Virus record (IMG/VR): IMGVR_UViG_3300010403_000705
Span: 310,001-374,000 of that record
Strand: one strand, 5' to 3'
Length of the DNA stretch: 64,000 nucleotides
A program made the translations under genes and the position numbers. The notes beneath the pieces were generated by a model that made no database searches, had not been told where the DNA came from, and saw nothing but the letters and a program-made list of their open reading frames with translations. Below, piece after piece: positions 51,587 through 63,179 of the stretch; the stretch's first letter is position 1; the number at the start of each line of letters is the position of its first letter.

Positions 51587-51960
51587 ATAAGGAACATGTA
51601 CAAAATAGCCTTGCCAGAATTGAAGAAATTTTTGAAAAAGCTTCTACTAAAATAGAATCACTAAAAGTAGGACAAAAAATTCCAGCTACAGCTTTAGCAG
51701 AAGAAATAGCTAAGGACTATGGGATGACTGGTCCTCAACTATATCCTACTTTATTATTTTTAATTAAAGGATATCCTGGTGTTGAGATCAAACGGGGCGC
51801 CCATGGAGGTATTGTCAAATTAGCTAATGTGATTGCACAGCCGTTATCTCGTCCTATTCAAGTTGAAGTGAAAGAAGATAAAGTAGAAGATGAGTTAGAT
51901 GAAGCTGAATCATTTATAGTAAATGATGAAGATAAAACACTACCAATTATCAATACTTGA
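51583..51960 (+). CDS. Hypothetical protein, possible winged-helix DNA-binding
   Basis: IPATALAEEIA...VEIKRGAHGGI. Confidence 0.5.
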   Translation: MNKEHVQNSLARIEEIFEKASTKIESLKVGQKIPATALAEEIAKDYGMTGPQLYPTLLFLIKGYPGVEIKRGAHGGIVKLANVIAQPLSRPIQVEVKEDKVEDELDEAESFIVNDEDKTLPIINT

Positions 51961-52562
51961 ATATAAAAAACATATCTGACATTAATTTGGGTAAAGTCAT
52001 TAGATAATTAAAAGACAATAACATCACTTTGCCCAACGAAGAAATAGATTAAGATTCTGTCATTTAAATTAACTAAATAATACTATTAAAAATAGAGAAT
52101 AAATATGGATTTAGAAACTTTAGAAGAAATGCTTTCAGATTTCCTTCCTGGTGGGTTTCATATTGAAACCTCCAAAAAAGGTGAATTAATTATTTATACT
52201 GGACTTCATCAAGATGATGATGGTGAACTGGTTGATATTAAAGGAGAATTAGAAGAAGATCCTGATTTTCCTGAAGGTGAAGAAGAATTTGAGCGTCTTG
52301 ATGACGAGGAAGAACTTGATGACGAGTAAAGAAAAGATTCTGAAAGAAAAGATAATTTCAGAAATAAAATATTTGATGTTTAAAGAGCAAGATGCTGACA
52401 AAAATTCTTGTTCACTTGAACATAGTATGATTCAGGCACGGCACGACGCATATAGAAAAATCTTGAAAATCCTCAATTCTAATGACGGAATATTTGTCGT
52501 TTAATGGTAGAGTAAGTTTTTGCTAAAAGTAGTAATATCCTAACATTTAGGGTGTACTACGC

Positions 52563-52644
52563 GGGCGTGTGGGTTGATTACAAATTGGCATAGTATACGG
52601 ACTTAAAATCCGCACCTTTGAGGGTTCGAATCCCTCCATGCCTA
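52563..52644 (+). tRNA. Atypical tRNA-Leu(TAA)
   Basis: Acceptor GGGCGTG/CATGCCT, A73; D arm TAC-AAATTGGCATA-GTA; loop CTTAAAA; T arm GAGGG-TTCGAAT-CCCTC; about 7 extra nt before the D stem; short variable region. Confidence 0.7.
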
Positions 52645-53021
52645 CCTGATAATGGTAAAGACAAGAAAGTAATGTTTCAATGTAAGCATAGTAAGACTGG
52701 TCCTTGTTATGAGTGTGTGAGCGAAAAAAATCATTATGCGGATCTCAATGCTGAGAAAAAGCAGAGAGAAGATGAACAAGAATATTATCGAAGTTGTTGC
52801 GATAGTTCACAAATTATGCATTATGAAATTAATAGAGCTGGTCGCCTTGCTTGCGGTTATTCTTGGGACGAGGTACGTAAACATAATGAGAAATTTACCA
52901 GCGATTCTTTTATATTTGAAGATCGAGTTCGCAGTAAAATAGCTTGTGAACAATGTGCAAAATATTTTCTTAAATTGAAAAAAAGGATATGATAGCTCAA
53001 TAAACTATCAATTTAATAAAA

Positions 53022-54557
53022 ATGTCTAAAATAGAATGGACAATAGATCGAAAAAATGATTCCTGTTGCCGGATTAATAATTCTCTAGGTATAGATATTG
53101 ATCTTTTTGCAAATGATGATGTGGTTATTGATAGAGATGCCTTTCAAGAACTTTTTGATTTCTTAGATGTGCAACGCGCAATTTCTGATATTTCTTCTGC
53201 AGAAAAATCAGGAAATTTTTCTTTTTTTGGAAACCCTAATGCTGGAATTACTAAAGTTGTTTTAACTCCTGATTTTCACAAAGGCTCTGGTATTCCTATT
53301 GGAACAGTGGTGGAGAATAATGGTTTTGTTATTCCAGCAGCCATTGGAAATGATATTTGTTGTGGAATGAGATTATTAGTAACAGATATGCCAGTAACTA
53401 AATTAGAAAATCATTGGGGAACTATTCAAAAACGTTTGAGAGAAATCTTCTTTCAAGGACAACGAAACATTCCTATGTCTCCACGACAAAGAGAATCTGT
53501 TCTTCGTTATGGGTTACCAGGATTATTAGAAACCATTAAAGACAATGAAAATACAGGTATTTATCAACATTTTAATGTTAAAAATCAAATAGCTGATCTA
53601 GCCAGAGCTCATAATAATGGTGGATTTAATACCGACAGATTGTTTGGTTTTGATAAGTTGATACGCAGTTCTGGAGCCATTGACGGTAGAGATCCACAAA
53701 TTGGTTCAGTAGGCGGTGGTAATCATTTTGTAGAGTTTCAAAAAATCGAAGAAATTTTGTGTAAACAAACTGCCAGAGAAATGAATATTAACAGTGGTAA
53801 CCTAGCTATTATGATTCATTCTGGATCTGTTAGTTTAGGACACGCAGTTGGCTGGCATTTTATTGATCGTGCAAGAGAACTCTTTCCGTCTCAAATAAAA
53901 AGTCCAAAAAATAATTTCTTTGTTCTACCTACAGTTGGACCATATGCTAAAGAAGGCAAATTTTATCTAAATAGTATGAGAAATGCAGCGAATTTTGCTT
54001 TTGCTAATAGGTTATTTTTAGGTCTTATGGCGATCAAAGCCGTACAAGAAGCAATTGGTTGTTATGTAGATTCCAGACTTATTTATGACGCTCCTCATAA
54101 TTTAGTTTTTGAAAAGAATGATGGTCAATTTATACACCGTAAAGGCGCTACACCCGCAGAAGGTCCAGACAAAGTAGACCAATGGATTGGAAAACCAGTT
54201 ATTATTCCTGGGTCAATGGGCAGTGCTAGTTATTTGCTAACTGGATTAGGCAATCCAGAAGCCTTAGAAAGCGCATGTCACGGTGCAGGACGATTAATGC
54301 CTCGCGGAGTAGCCTCTCATGTAGATGATAAGATTTTTGATGATCAGACATGTGATTTGCGTATTGTGACTGCTGTAGATCCAAAATCGCCTCAAATGCA
54401 AATGAGAAAAGATATTATGATTAAATATAAAGAGAGAGTTAAAGAAGAAGCACCTTATGCTTATAAACCAATTACACCAATTATTCGATCTATTGAAGAT
54501 GCACACATTGCTAGAGTAGTAGCTAAGCTAATGCCATTGTGCACGGTAAAAGGATAG
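53022..54557 (+). CDS. rtcB: RtcB family RNA ligase
   Basis: PDFHKG.GIPIG, GNDICCG, GSVGGGNHFVE, HSGS, HN, HRKGA, PGSMG, HGAGR, EEAP.AYK. Confidence 0.95.
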   Translation: MSKIEWTIDRKNDSCCRINNSLGIDIDLFANDDVVIDRDAFQELFDFLDVQRAISDISSAEKSGNFSFFGNPNAGITKVVLTPDFHKGSGIPIGTVVENNGFVIPAAIGNDICCGMRLLVTDMPVTKLENHWGTIQKRLREIFFQGQRNIPMSPRQRESVLRYGLPGLLETIKDNENTGIYQHFNVKNQIADLARAHNNGGFNTDRLFGFDKLIRSSGAIDGRDPQIGSVGGGNHFVEFQKIEEILCKQTAREMNINSGNLAIMIHSGSVSLGHAVGWHFIDRARELFPSQIKSPKNNFFVLPTVGPYAKEGKFYLNSMRNAANFAFANRLFLGLMAIKAVQEAIGCYVDSRLIYDAPHNLVFEKNDGQFIHRKGATPAEGPDKVDQWIGKPVIIPGSMGSASYLLTGLGNPEALESACHGAGRLMPRGVASHVDDKIFDDQTCDLRIVTAVDPKSPQMQMRKDIMIKYKERVKEEAPYAYKPITPIIRSIEDAHIARVVAKLMPLCTVKG

Positions 54558-55397
54558 AATGGAGCTAACATTTAGTTGGTTGCGATGGATTTTGACTCAG
54601 CTACCACATAACATTAAAAACTACCTTATAACTACAGTAGTAGTTAAAATGCTTGCTTGTGTAGATAATTCTAAATGGACTTCTTCATACATAAGAGTCA
54701 CAACACCTTTTGGAATTTTTAAGTTCCCTACTATTACCGATGTTCCAATGCAAGTAATAAATAGTTATAATGGCGCGGTACATACAATTTCTTTCGAAGA
54801 TGTGCAGGTAGTGTGGAAAGTTTTACTTTATAAAAAATCGTAATGAAAATTAATATGTTAAAGAAGTTGTATTTTTTTGTATTTATATGTTTAATAATAT
54901 TAGGTTGTCATTCCTGTCTAATTGGAGAAGGTTGTTCTAGCAAACCTGCCACTGTAGACGAGTGGGTTAGATCTTTAGAACCAACCAAAATTGCTTTTAG
55001 ATATATGTGTACAGCCAACATAACACCTAGTTTAGATCCAAAAAAAGCTATAGACAATCTCTTACAAACAATAGATTTATTGGTACAAGATATTTTTACT
55101 ACATTAGATGGTGTAGTAATAAGATACGATGATGATACTTTTCGTAATCGAGTTGCCCAAGACATGGCAGAGAATGATTTTAAAGCAGGAATAAGAAGAA
55201 AATACGCGTTTGATAACGAGGTAACAATCATTATCACTGATGTAAAATGTGAAAAAATATATGAATTAAAACCTCCGGTACATGCTGGTCAATGTAAAGC
55301 AGATAACGATTTCTCTGGTGACTCTTCTGAAGTCCCATCAGTCCTTTTGCCACCACCGCCACCTGATAAACCCTCTTTTGATAAAGAAGATAATTAA

Positions 55398-56132
55398 ATG
55401 ATTAAAACAGTCCTTTTTAAAAAAGATTTTAGATGCTTCTCCAAAGGAGATAAATTTGAATTTCGTTCTGGTATTAATCTATTAGTAGGAGATCAAGGGT
55501 GTGGTAAAAGTACATTAATAGAATTAATTAGATCTAAATTAGAACCTAATCTAGGAGCTAATGATACTGATAGTTCATATAGAGCTAAATCCATCATTAG
55601 TAATCATAAAATTGATGAATTAGTTGAAATTATCACGGATCATAATACAAAGTGTTTTGCATATGATTTTGAAAGAGAGTCAGCTCGTGATATGTCAGCT
55701 ATTCATTTTGATATGGTTGCTGAACAATTAGCGGCAATGAAATCTTCTCATGGGCAAGGTAATCATATATCTTTAAATAGATCTCTAGGAAAAATATCTA
55801 AATCCAAAGATATTGGAGTAGTATTGTTAGATGAGCCAGATGCAGCTATGAGTCCAAGAAGTTGTTATAATTTATTACTCGTCATTAAAGCTATTGCCGA
55901 GGAATGGAAAAAACAAATTATTTTGTCGGCACATAATCCAATTATTATCAATGGTCACCATCCGCTTTTGAAAAAAGATCTTCAATCTATTTTTACGGAA
56001 GTTTTATCTTTGGAAGATAAAAAATGGATGCGCTCTGCAGAATTTATGTTGTATCAATTGTTAGACAAAAGTCATACAGAAAAATCTCGACACTCGGACG
56101 CTTCTAATGAAAAAGAAAAAAAGAAAAAATAA
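55398..56132 (+). CDS. ABC/AAA-type ATPase (stand-alone)
   Basis: GDQGCGKST, SHGQ, LLDEPD, SAH. Confidence 0.8.
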   Translation: MIKTVLFKKDFRCFSKGDKFEFRSGINLLVGDQGCGKSTLIELIRSKLEPNLGANDTDSSYRAKSIISNHKIDELVEIITDHNTKCFAYDFERESARDMSAIHFDMVAEQLAAMKSSHGQGNHISLNRSLGKISKSKDIGVVLLDEPDAAMSPRSCYNLLLVIKAIAEEWKKQIILSAHNPIIINGHHPLLKKDLQSIFTEVLSLEDKKWMRSAEFMLYQLLDKSHTEKSRHSDASNEKEKKKK

Positions 56133-56744
56133 AATTCGCAATACTATTGTTTTAATTATGATCAAACATTGTAAAAACGGATTAATGAAAAATAAAAAAG
56201 ATAAAAGAAAAAATGGCAAAAATAGTCAAGAAGAGTGGCTATTAGAGGATGATTATGTTTGATGATTACTCTGCGGTGCGAACTGCTGAATTAATGAATT
56301 TATACAAAATAACTCCAGATCAACTCTGGTTATTATGTTTAACAGCCTGGCTAGCTGGACCATGGATAGTTAGGTTTGGCGTAGCTCAGCGATTCGATTT
56401 ACATGGCAAGCCTTTATGTGTAGCTTATTCTCAAGCTGAATTAGAAAAAGAAGATATTAGATTAAAAAAATTAGGATATCTTTTAACAGATGAGAATAGA
56501 ATAATACCAAATGATTGGTGGGTTAAATGAGCAATTCAAATTTTTGTTCTTGTTTTGTATTGAATAATTCAGTCGATTGGAAAAAGTCTTCTGCAGATGA
56601 TTGGGAATTAGATATTGTAGAAATCTCAGGAGAAGAAAAAATACTTGGTCATAAACAATTGGATGATTGTATTTGTAAAATCATCCAAACGTGTGACGGT
56701 AAAATTATTGCTATTAGTAAAAAATAAGCAAGGTTTACTATAAT

Positions 56745-57947
56745 ATGCCTATCGATAGATTAAAAGATTTGCTGGTTGTGCCTCGTATTTACGTATATGC
56801 CACTGGTGCTGGTGCAGGTATTCAAAAAAAAATTTGGGAAGTGCCTGGTTGCTCTTCATTTTTAGTTGGTTGTTCTTTCCCATATGCAACCACTCAAACA
56901 AGCAAATGTCTTGGTTTTACTCCTGAAAAATCTGTATCTACAGATACGGCGATAGAACTAGCAATAGCGGCTTATTTACAAGCATATGAACCTGGGTCTA
57001 AATCAATTGGTATTGGTTTGACGGCATCTGTTGCATCTGTAAAGACACACCGAGGCGCGCACAGAATTATAGTGTCTAGTTTTTCTGAGACAGAATGTCT
57101 GACAGCTACTATAGAAATTCCAAAAGGTTGTGGTCTGGCTCAGAGATTTACAGATGGTGAATTGTCTGACAGTATCGGAATCACTGCTATTTTAAGAGCA
57201 GCACATATATTAGATAATGATCAGATTTGGTCTCCTATATATGAAGGAACTAATTCAGAAAACGTTGCGTCAGAGCGTATAATAAATTATATATTTAAAT
57301 ATTTACCTGTTGATACAACAGAGCGAGCAAAAGAATTAATTTTAAAAAATTCATTCTTTCAAGCAAACGGTTCTCGCGTACCAGTAAACGCAATTGATAC
57401 TAATAAAATTGTTTTTTATCCAGGTAGTTTCAATCCATTTCATTTTGGGCATGATTTAGGTGCCGAAGCAATTAAGAAAACAATTGCTAAAAAATTTGGC
57501 GAATGCCGTGATATTGTATATACAACAGTTGTTAATCCACTACATAAACCGCCTCTTACGGTTGCTGAAATGTTAAATAGAGTATCTATTATGAAAGGCA
57601 AGAATTTTTGCCTTACTATTGATGATCCATTATTTATTGATAAAGCAAGGTGTCACCCAGGGGCTTGGTTTGGAATGGGAGCTGATACATTATTAAATAT
57701 GCTTGATCCTAAGTGGGGCTATCTGCCTCGCGATTTAATTTTAGAATTTCAAAAATTAAATATTAAAATTTTCGTCTTAGGTCGTTTAATAAAAGGACAC
57801 TTCATAACCCTGTCATATCTTAAAGATATTTATCCAGACTTAAATATGATTTCTACTTCATGGGATGATATTTTTATTGAGATTCCTGGTAGGTGGGATA
57901 TTTCCAGCACTGAAATACGCAATAGATTTGAAAATGAAGGAAAATAA
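56745..57947 (+). CDS. CinA-C-like / nucleotidyltransferase (NadD-like) fusion
   Basis: N-terminal ATGAG...VPGCSS...PY; C-terminal PGSFNP.H.GH, MGADT, ISSTEIR. Confidence 0.7.
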   Translation: MPIDRLKDLLVVPRIYVYATGAGAGIQKKIWEVPGCSSFLVGCSFPYATTQTSKCLGFTPEKSVSTDTAIELAIAAYLQAYEPGSKSIGIGLTASVASVKTHRGAHRIIVSSFSETECLTATIEIPKGCGLAQRFTDGELSDSIGITAILRAAHILDNDQIWSPIYEGTNSENVASERIINYIFKYLPVDTTERAKELILKNSFFQANGSRVPVNAIDTNKIVFYPGSFNPFHFGHDLGAEAIKKTIAKKFGECRDIVYTTVVNPLHKPPLTVAEMLNRVSIMKGKNFCLTIDDPLFIDKARCHPGAWFGMGADTLLNMLDPKWGYLPRDLILEFQKLNIKIFVLGRLIKGHFITLSYLKDIYPDLNMISTSWDDIFIEIPGRWDISSTEIRNRFENEGK

Positions 57948-57956
57948 TTAATATTT

Positions 57957-58400
57957 ATGAGAATTAGCATAGTAAATTATTTAAAAGAGTTTTTGAAAGA
58001 TAAGCCAGAAACTAAATTAATGAATATTGTAAAAGGTCTTCACGCGTTAGGTGTACCACAGATTCCATCATCTTACATGACTATTTTTCTTGCGCTAAGG
58101 GAGAATGAAGCTTTTTTTGAAAAAACAAAACCTGGTTACTATAGGTTAAGAGATATTAAAGAAACAGAGGATATTTTACAATCCAAAATAACCACAGAAG
58201 AAATTAAAGAATTAATTCAAAATATTTTGCATGAAAATGCAAATCAAACGGCTGCCCAAATCTGGAGAGCGATTCAAAAACATGGAGTATATGTTTCATA
58301 TAAATCTATTGCTTCGATTTTGCAGAATATAGATTTCAATAAAAAAATAGGAGTGGTATCAGAAAAAACATTTAAAAATAAATATACGAATAATATTTAA
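57957..58400 (+). CDS. Putative tandem winged-helix protein
   Basis: Two HTH-like repeats (F.K..PG.Y.L; TA.QIW..I). Confidence 0.45.
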   Translation: MRISIVNYLKEFLKDKPETKLMNIVKGLHALGVPQIPSSYMTIFLALRENEAFFEKTKPGYYRLRDIKETEDILQSKITTEEIKELIQNILHENANQTAAQIWRAIQKHGVYVSYKSIASILQNIDFNKKIGVVSEKTFKNKYTNNI

Positions 58401-58402
58401 GA

Positions 58403-59170
58403 ATGATAATAATGGATAAAATAGTCATTGCTATTGGAGATATACATGGTTGTATTGAAGAGTTTCAAGAGTTATTGAAAACTATTCAATATAATAAAGA
58501 AAAAATGCGTGTTGTTTTATTAGGCGATCTATTAGATAGAGGTCCTGATTCTGTTGGCTGTATCAGACTAGCGCGTCAGTTAAAACTTGAATCTATTAGG
58601 GGTAACCATGAAGATACACATTTAAGGTGGCGTCGACATGAACAAAAGCGCAAAGATTTAGGTAAGCCTAATCCAATGAGTAAATTATCTTATAATAAGC
58701 AAATTGTTCAGGAAACTTTATCTGAAGAAGATATTGAATGGATAAATAATCTTCCACTAAGACTAGAACTTTATAAGAATTTATGGGCAGTACATGGTGG
58801 CTGCAGTCCTAGATTTAAATTATCAGAACAACCATCTAACCAAATTATTAGATTAAGATATGTAGACGATAAAGGGATACCACAATCGCTAGGAGAAAAT
58901 TTTTCTCAACCACCTAATACTAAATATTGGGCAGAAGTCTGGCAAGGTCCCGAATCTATTGTTTATGGTCACTGTGTTCATGATCTAAAAAATCCTAGAA
59001 TAGATGATCATGGCAGATATAAATGTATAGGCATTGACACAGGATGCGTTTTCGGTGGAATGTTAACTGCCGCTATATTCAATGTATCAAATAACAATAA
59101 CTTTGACATTGAATTTGTACAGATTGCCGCTAAGACTAAATATTATAATTTGTCTAATAAAAAAGAATAA
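58403..59170 (+). CDS. PPP/ApaH-like metallophosphoesterase
   Basis: GDIHGC, GDLLDRGPDS, GNHE, VHGG, YGH, IDTGC.FGG.LTA. Confidence 0.9.
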   Translation: MIIMDKIVIAIGDIHGCIEEFQELLKTIQYNKEKMRVVLLGDLLDRGPDSVGCIRLARQLKLESIRGNHEDTHLRWRRHEQKRKDLGKPNPMSKLSYNKQIVQETLSEEDIEWINNLPLRLELYKNLWAVHGGCSPRFKLSEQPSNQIIRLRYVDDKGIPQSLGENFSQPPNTKYWAEVWQGPESIVYGHCVHDLKNPRIDDHGRYKCIGIDTGCVFGGMLTAAIFNVSNNNNFDIEFVQIAAKTKYYNLSNKKE

Positions 59171-59214
59171 ATTTATACCGATTGCATTTACCAAACTAAG
59201 GATCGTTAGAATAA

Positions 59215-60060
59215 ATGTGTATTTCAATTTCACCATCTACAATGTCTGATACACTAATTTATGTAGGAGAATCGCATAGATTAGGACGAGACATTCATGT
59301 TTTGGCATATCAAAATATTGCTATAAATGAATCCTCGACACCTAATGCTATGATCATTCCTTTTCCAACTAGTCAAACTATGACTGAAGAAAATATTATA
59401 AATACTACTACCTTTAAAAATTTTTTAAAAGATATTAGTAATGCGACAAAATCTACTAGGAGATTGACGCTAGGTGGACCTGTCTGCGCCACATTACCAA
59501 CCTGTCAAGCAAAAGTATTTGATATAGGTTCTTATACAGTGGTATTAGCGTCACATGTCAAATATGTGCCAGAAGCTTTATTAAAAGTACCAAAACATAA
59601 AAGACCAGATATTCCAATTAGATTTCTGTTCCAATATGGTAAATTATATGGGCATAAACCAATAGCTGTTTGCTGTTGGGATGGTCAAATTGAAGCAGAA
59701 CCTCTTCTATGGTGGTATGAGCCAATCAACAATAAATCTTTGTTTATTCCCACTATGGACGCTCACGATGGTAACCCTCCTAATATAGATGCAATTGTGA
59801 AAATGGATCATATTATTTCAGCAGGCTCATCTAATGTACCAAATGGTATTTCAGTTAAATATACAGATAGTATTCCAGAAAAGATAGCGGAAATTTTGCC
59901 AACTAAAGTTCATGGGACTAAGATGGATTATCAAATCAAAAATGGAGATAGTTTTATTGATTTAGATTTGGTAAGAAATAAGAGGTATGGTGCTCATATA
60001 ACACGTGGCATTAATTTAGAAAACTCTTATAAAGTTGATAGCATGTATGGTTGGTCATAA
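59215..60060 (+). CDS. Hypothetical protein
   Basis: MC start, YQN, NAMIIPFP, DAHDG; function not recognised. Confidence 0.55.
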   Translation: MCISISPSTMSDTLIYVGESHRLGRDIHVLAYQNIAINESSTPNAMIIPFPTSQTMTEENIINTTTFKNFLKDISNATKSTRRLTLGGPVCATLPTCQAKVFDIGSYTVVLASHVKYVPEALLKVPKHKRPDIPIRFLFQYGKLYGHKPIAVCCWDGQIEAEPLLWWYEPINNKSLFIPTMDAHDGNPPNIDAIVKMDHIISAGSSNVPNGISVKYTDSIPEKIAEILPTKVHGTKMDYQIKNGDSFIDLDLVRNKRYGAHITRGINLENSYKVDSMYGWS

Positions 60061-60566
60061 TGAATAAGATAATTTTTTTAGATATTGATGGAGTGTTAAA
60101 TAGTGATATCTATTTTAATAGCCCTGCTTTTAAAGAAGAATCCAAAGGTATGTCCTGGGAAGAAATCATGTTAATTGCTCATCATACCCATCTTGATCCA
60201 GTAGCAATACACATATTTAATCAATTAGTAAATAGATCTAAAGCTGAGGTAGTATTATCATCTACATGGAGATTGAAATACTCTATAGAAGCATTAAATA
60301 ATATGCTTAAAGATCGTGGAGCTACTTTTCAAATTAATGCCGTCACACCTAAACATCCTGAATATATAGGTTGGAGTTCTTTTCCAATTCCTCGCGGAAT
60401 AGAAATTCAAGCATATTTAAATTCACTTGATCAAAAACCGGAATCATTTGTTATTTTGGATGATGTAGATAACATGGTTCATTTAATTAATTATCTAATT
60501 TTAGTAGATGACTATTATGGACTGACAACTGAAAACGTAGAAATGGCTTTAAATATTTTAGGATAA
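60060..60566 (+). CDS. HAD-superfamily phosphatase (Swiss-Army-Knife RNA-repair-like HAD)
   Basis: FLDIDGVLN, VVLSSTWR, RG.EI..YL, FVILDD, GLT. Confidence 0.8.
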   Translation: MNKIIFLDIDGVLNSDIYFNSPAFKEESKGMSWEEIMLIAHHTHLDPVAIHIFNQLVNRSKAEVVLSSTWRLKYSIEALNNMLKDRGATFQINAVTPKHPEYIGWSSFPIPRGIEIQAYLNSLDQKPESFVILDDVDNMVHLINYLILVDDYYGLTTENVEMALNILG

Positions 60567-60727
60567 AATTATGACTGTCCCACCGGAAATTATTGTAGAC
60601 TGGATAAGAAAGAAAAAATACATTCAAGATCGATTAAATAGAATTCGCAAACGCATTAAAAAACTTGAAAAACAAATAAATCATTTTGAATTTAGATTAC
60701 AAATTATTAAAAAACATTGTATTAAAA

Positions 60728-61162
60728 ATGAAAAAAATATTAAGAAAGCTTCTTCTTGTAAAAGAGATAATATCTAAGCAAGGTATTATTCATTTCAGAA
60801 GATATCGATTATTACAAACTCCTTTATTTTCAATATATATTCATCAAATTTGCCAGTCAGATACAGATGACATGCATGATCATCCCTGGCATTTCTTATC
60901 AATTATCTTAAAAGGCGGATATAGAGAAATATCAAGAAGTTTCCCATATTTTAAAGATCTTAAGGTAGTAGATTACTATCCAGGTGACGTAATCGTACAT
61001 CATTTGAATGATGTACATAAGATATCTCTTTTAAATAAATCTGTCTGGACATTAGTATTTGTTTTTGGTAGAAAAAAATATTGGGGGTACCGATTAAAAG
61101 ATGGTATATCGATCGGTCACGAAGAATATCGTAGTCTTAAAAATAAAGGTAAATTAAAATGA
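60728..61162 (+). CDS. Cupin-fold hypothetical protein
   Basis: H....D...HDHPW.F.S.IL.GGY.E, H.I, WTL, WG. Confidence 0.65.
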   Translation: MKKILRKLLLVKEIISKQGIIHFRRYRLLQTPLFSIYIHQICQSDTDDMHDHPWHFLSIILKGGYREISRSFPYFKDLKVVDYYPGDVIVHHLNDVHKISLLNKSVWTLVFVFGRKKYWGYRLKDGISIGHEEYRSLKNKGKLK

Positions 61163-62298
61163 TTGAATTATTTATTGCTGATGACAATGTAACTAGTGGA
61201 ACTATTGCTATTAGTTGGTGTGTTAGTCATGAAACACTAGATTTTTTAGCCAATGAAAAGGTAGCGAACCCACAACTTGTTATATGCGTATCGCCAGAGG
61301 GCGAAGAATATAGTCCTGAAAAAGAATATCGTAAGGTAGTGCCTCTCAAGGATATGATGACTTATATTGAATTTCATGTTCCAGGCAAAAATAAAATTTC
61401 AGCATTTTTATCTCATAAAAATCATAAAGAAGCTAAGGACAAATATTTATCCAAGAATAATGGATCTTATGATTCTGACATTTTAAATAGTAATGGCAGT
61501 GATTATTCTATTTGGTTGCGTAGATACTGTGTAGAAAATGAAAGCCAATATATGCTAGCTGCACCAATTATAGTTAACGTACCGTTAGAATGTTTTGCGC
61601 CAGAACCTCCAAAATGGGAAAAGTTATGGGTTAATTATTTCTTTCGTGATAAACCTATTGATCAATGCCATTATCGCAAGCGTCGACTATTTGCGTATTT
61701 GATACAACCATTCATTTTTGTAGCATTTTCTTTAATTAAATTACTTCCATTATTAGTAGCAACATTGGTGGGTTCTCGTAATTGGTCTTTAAAATATTTA
61801 TTGCATCCTTTAACATATGATGTTGAATCTAGCACTGAAGTAGTATTTGGTGGTTCTATTTTCATTCGTAAATTACCAGAAGATGATCTTCCGTTACATG
61901 AGCAGGGTAATTATGTATGGTACTTGTGTAAAAAACTATGTCTGCTGCCGTTAATGCCTATGATTTTTATACCATTAGCATTGCTTATCTATTTTCATAT
62001 TTTTGGTTTATTTGTCTTAGCTGTATGCATGATTTCAACAGTAATGCTATGTGTAGTGATTATATCTAATGGTATGGCTAAAAATGTTATTTCATGGTGC
62101 TATGACAAGTTAACAGATGTGCTAGATAACAATAAAAGTGATCAATTTTGGTATTTGGATAGAGATGAAATAGATATGATAGTTTGTAATAATCGTAGGA
62201 AAATTTCCAAATTAGCAGATCTACCATCTAAAAAACGTACTATAAGTTTAAGATTTCATGATCTAAAATCTAGGGTTTGCAGACCTTTTTCTGCTTAG
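61159..62298 (+). CDS. Membrane protein
   Basis: 379 aa with about three hydrophobic segments in the C-terminal half. Confidence 0.55.
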   Translation: MIELFIADDNVTSGTIAISWCVSHETLDFLANEKVANPQLVICVSPEGEEYSPEKEYRKVVPLKDMMTYIEFHVPGKNKISAFLSHKNHKEAKDKYLSKNNGSYDSDILNSNGSDYSIWLRRYCVENESQYMLAAPIIVNVPLECFAPEPPKWEKLWVNYFFRDKPIDQCHYRKRRLFAYLIQPFIFVAFSLIKLLPLLVATLVGSRNWSLKYLLHPLTYDVESSTEVVFGGSIFIRKLPEDDLPLHEQGNYVWYLCKKLCLLPLMPMIFIPLALLIYFHIFGLFVLAVCMISTVMLCVVIISNGMAKNVISWCYDKLTDVLDNNKSDQFWYLDRDEIDMIVCNNRRKISKLADLPSKKRTISLRFHDLKSRVCRPFSA

Positions 62299-62315
62299 GG
62301 AAAGTTAATCTTAAA

Positions 62316-62672
62316 ATGAAACCATATCAACATGCAAAAAATTCTGCTCGTAAACATGGCGGTGTTCCTGAGGATTATCAAAAAATTCATGATTTTATTG
62401 ATAGTTCTAAAGCCGCCATGCCTGATATGAGGCACCGCGCACAGTTACATTCAGCATTTGGAATTTTTCTAGTAGAACAAGTATTTGGAACTACACTTAC
62501 TAACTCTGATGGAAAAAAAGTCTGTATTAGGGATCTTGCTGAAGATCATGTAATTGAAGATCTTGGATTCATTCCAACTATGGAACAGTGGTTTGGTAAT
62601 ATGAAGATGCAAAATTGGATGTTTGGTGGACGCCGCAATGTCAATAAAATAAAAGTTATTAAAATAGATTAG
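62316..62672 (+). CDS. DUF6915-like protein
   Basis: P..HA..SARK.GG.PEDY..IH.F.DSSK, RHR...H..FGI, AE.HV.EDLG.IPT. Confidence 0.65.
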   Translation: MKPYQHAKNSARKHGGVPEDYQKIHDFIDSSKAAMPDMRHRAQLHSAFGIFLVEQVFGTTLTNSDGKKVCIRDLAEDHVIEDLGFIPTMEQWFGNMKMQNWMFGGRRNVNKIKVIKID

Positions 62673-62690
62673 GAGCATCAGGATTAAAAT

Positions 62691-63179
62691 ATGAGTAATA
62701 ATGGATTCGATAAAATTACTGAAATGAAAAAACGTTTGCAAGAGACTATAAAGAATGATGGAATAAAAATTCTAAAAGAAGAAGTAGACCGTATTTTAGA
62801 AATTTTACCAGAGGTGGAATGTATCTTATGGGGACAAAATAATAATGTATATAATGATGAATCTTATGAGTTTAGAATGTTTGGGATAGATTTTTTACCT
62901 TCTACGACATGTTCATGGTATACTAATTTTATTAAAAGTCTAGAAAACGATCATGGATCCATAAAAAATGCTGTACATTTTCATGGGGAAACTTTAGAAC
63001 ATCTACATTCTCTTTCAAAAAATATTTCGCAACATCGTGATAGAATGTTATTTATTTACGACACACTTTCCTCTTTTGGTAAAAGTATTCCAGAAGAAGT
63101 TCTTCAAGTTCTCGGAAATGTAACGGTCCGAATAGATAGAAAAAACTTCTCAACCCAAGAATATGATTGTGGATATTAG
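62691..63179 (+). CDS. Hypothetical protein
   Basis: W.Q....YND motif; related to the downstream ORF fragment. Confidence 0.5.
   Translation: MSNNGFDKITEMKKRLQETIKNDGIKILKEEVDRILEILPEVECILWGQNNNVYNDESYEFRMFGIDFLPSTTCSWYTNFIKSLENDHGSIKNAVHFHGETLEHLHSLSKNISQHRDRMLFIYDTLSSFGKSIPEEVLQVLGNVTVRIDRKNFSTQEYDCGY

Noticed and set aside
52618-52672. 5' extension of ORF 52618-52992
   Set aside because: Overlaps the tRNA T arm; the real start is more likely the downstream ATG (MFQCKH)
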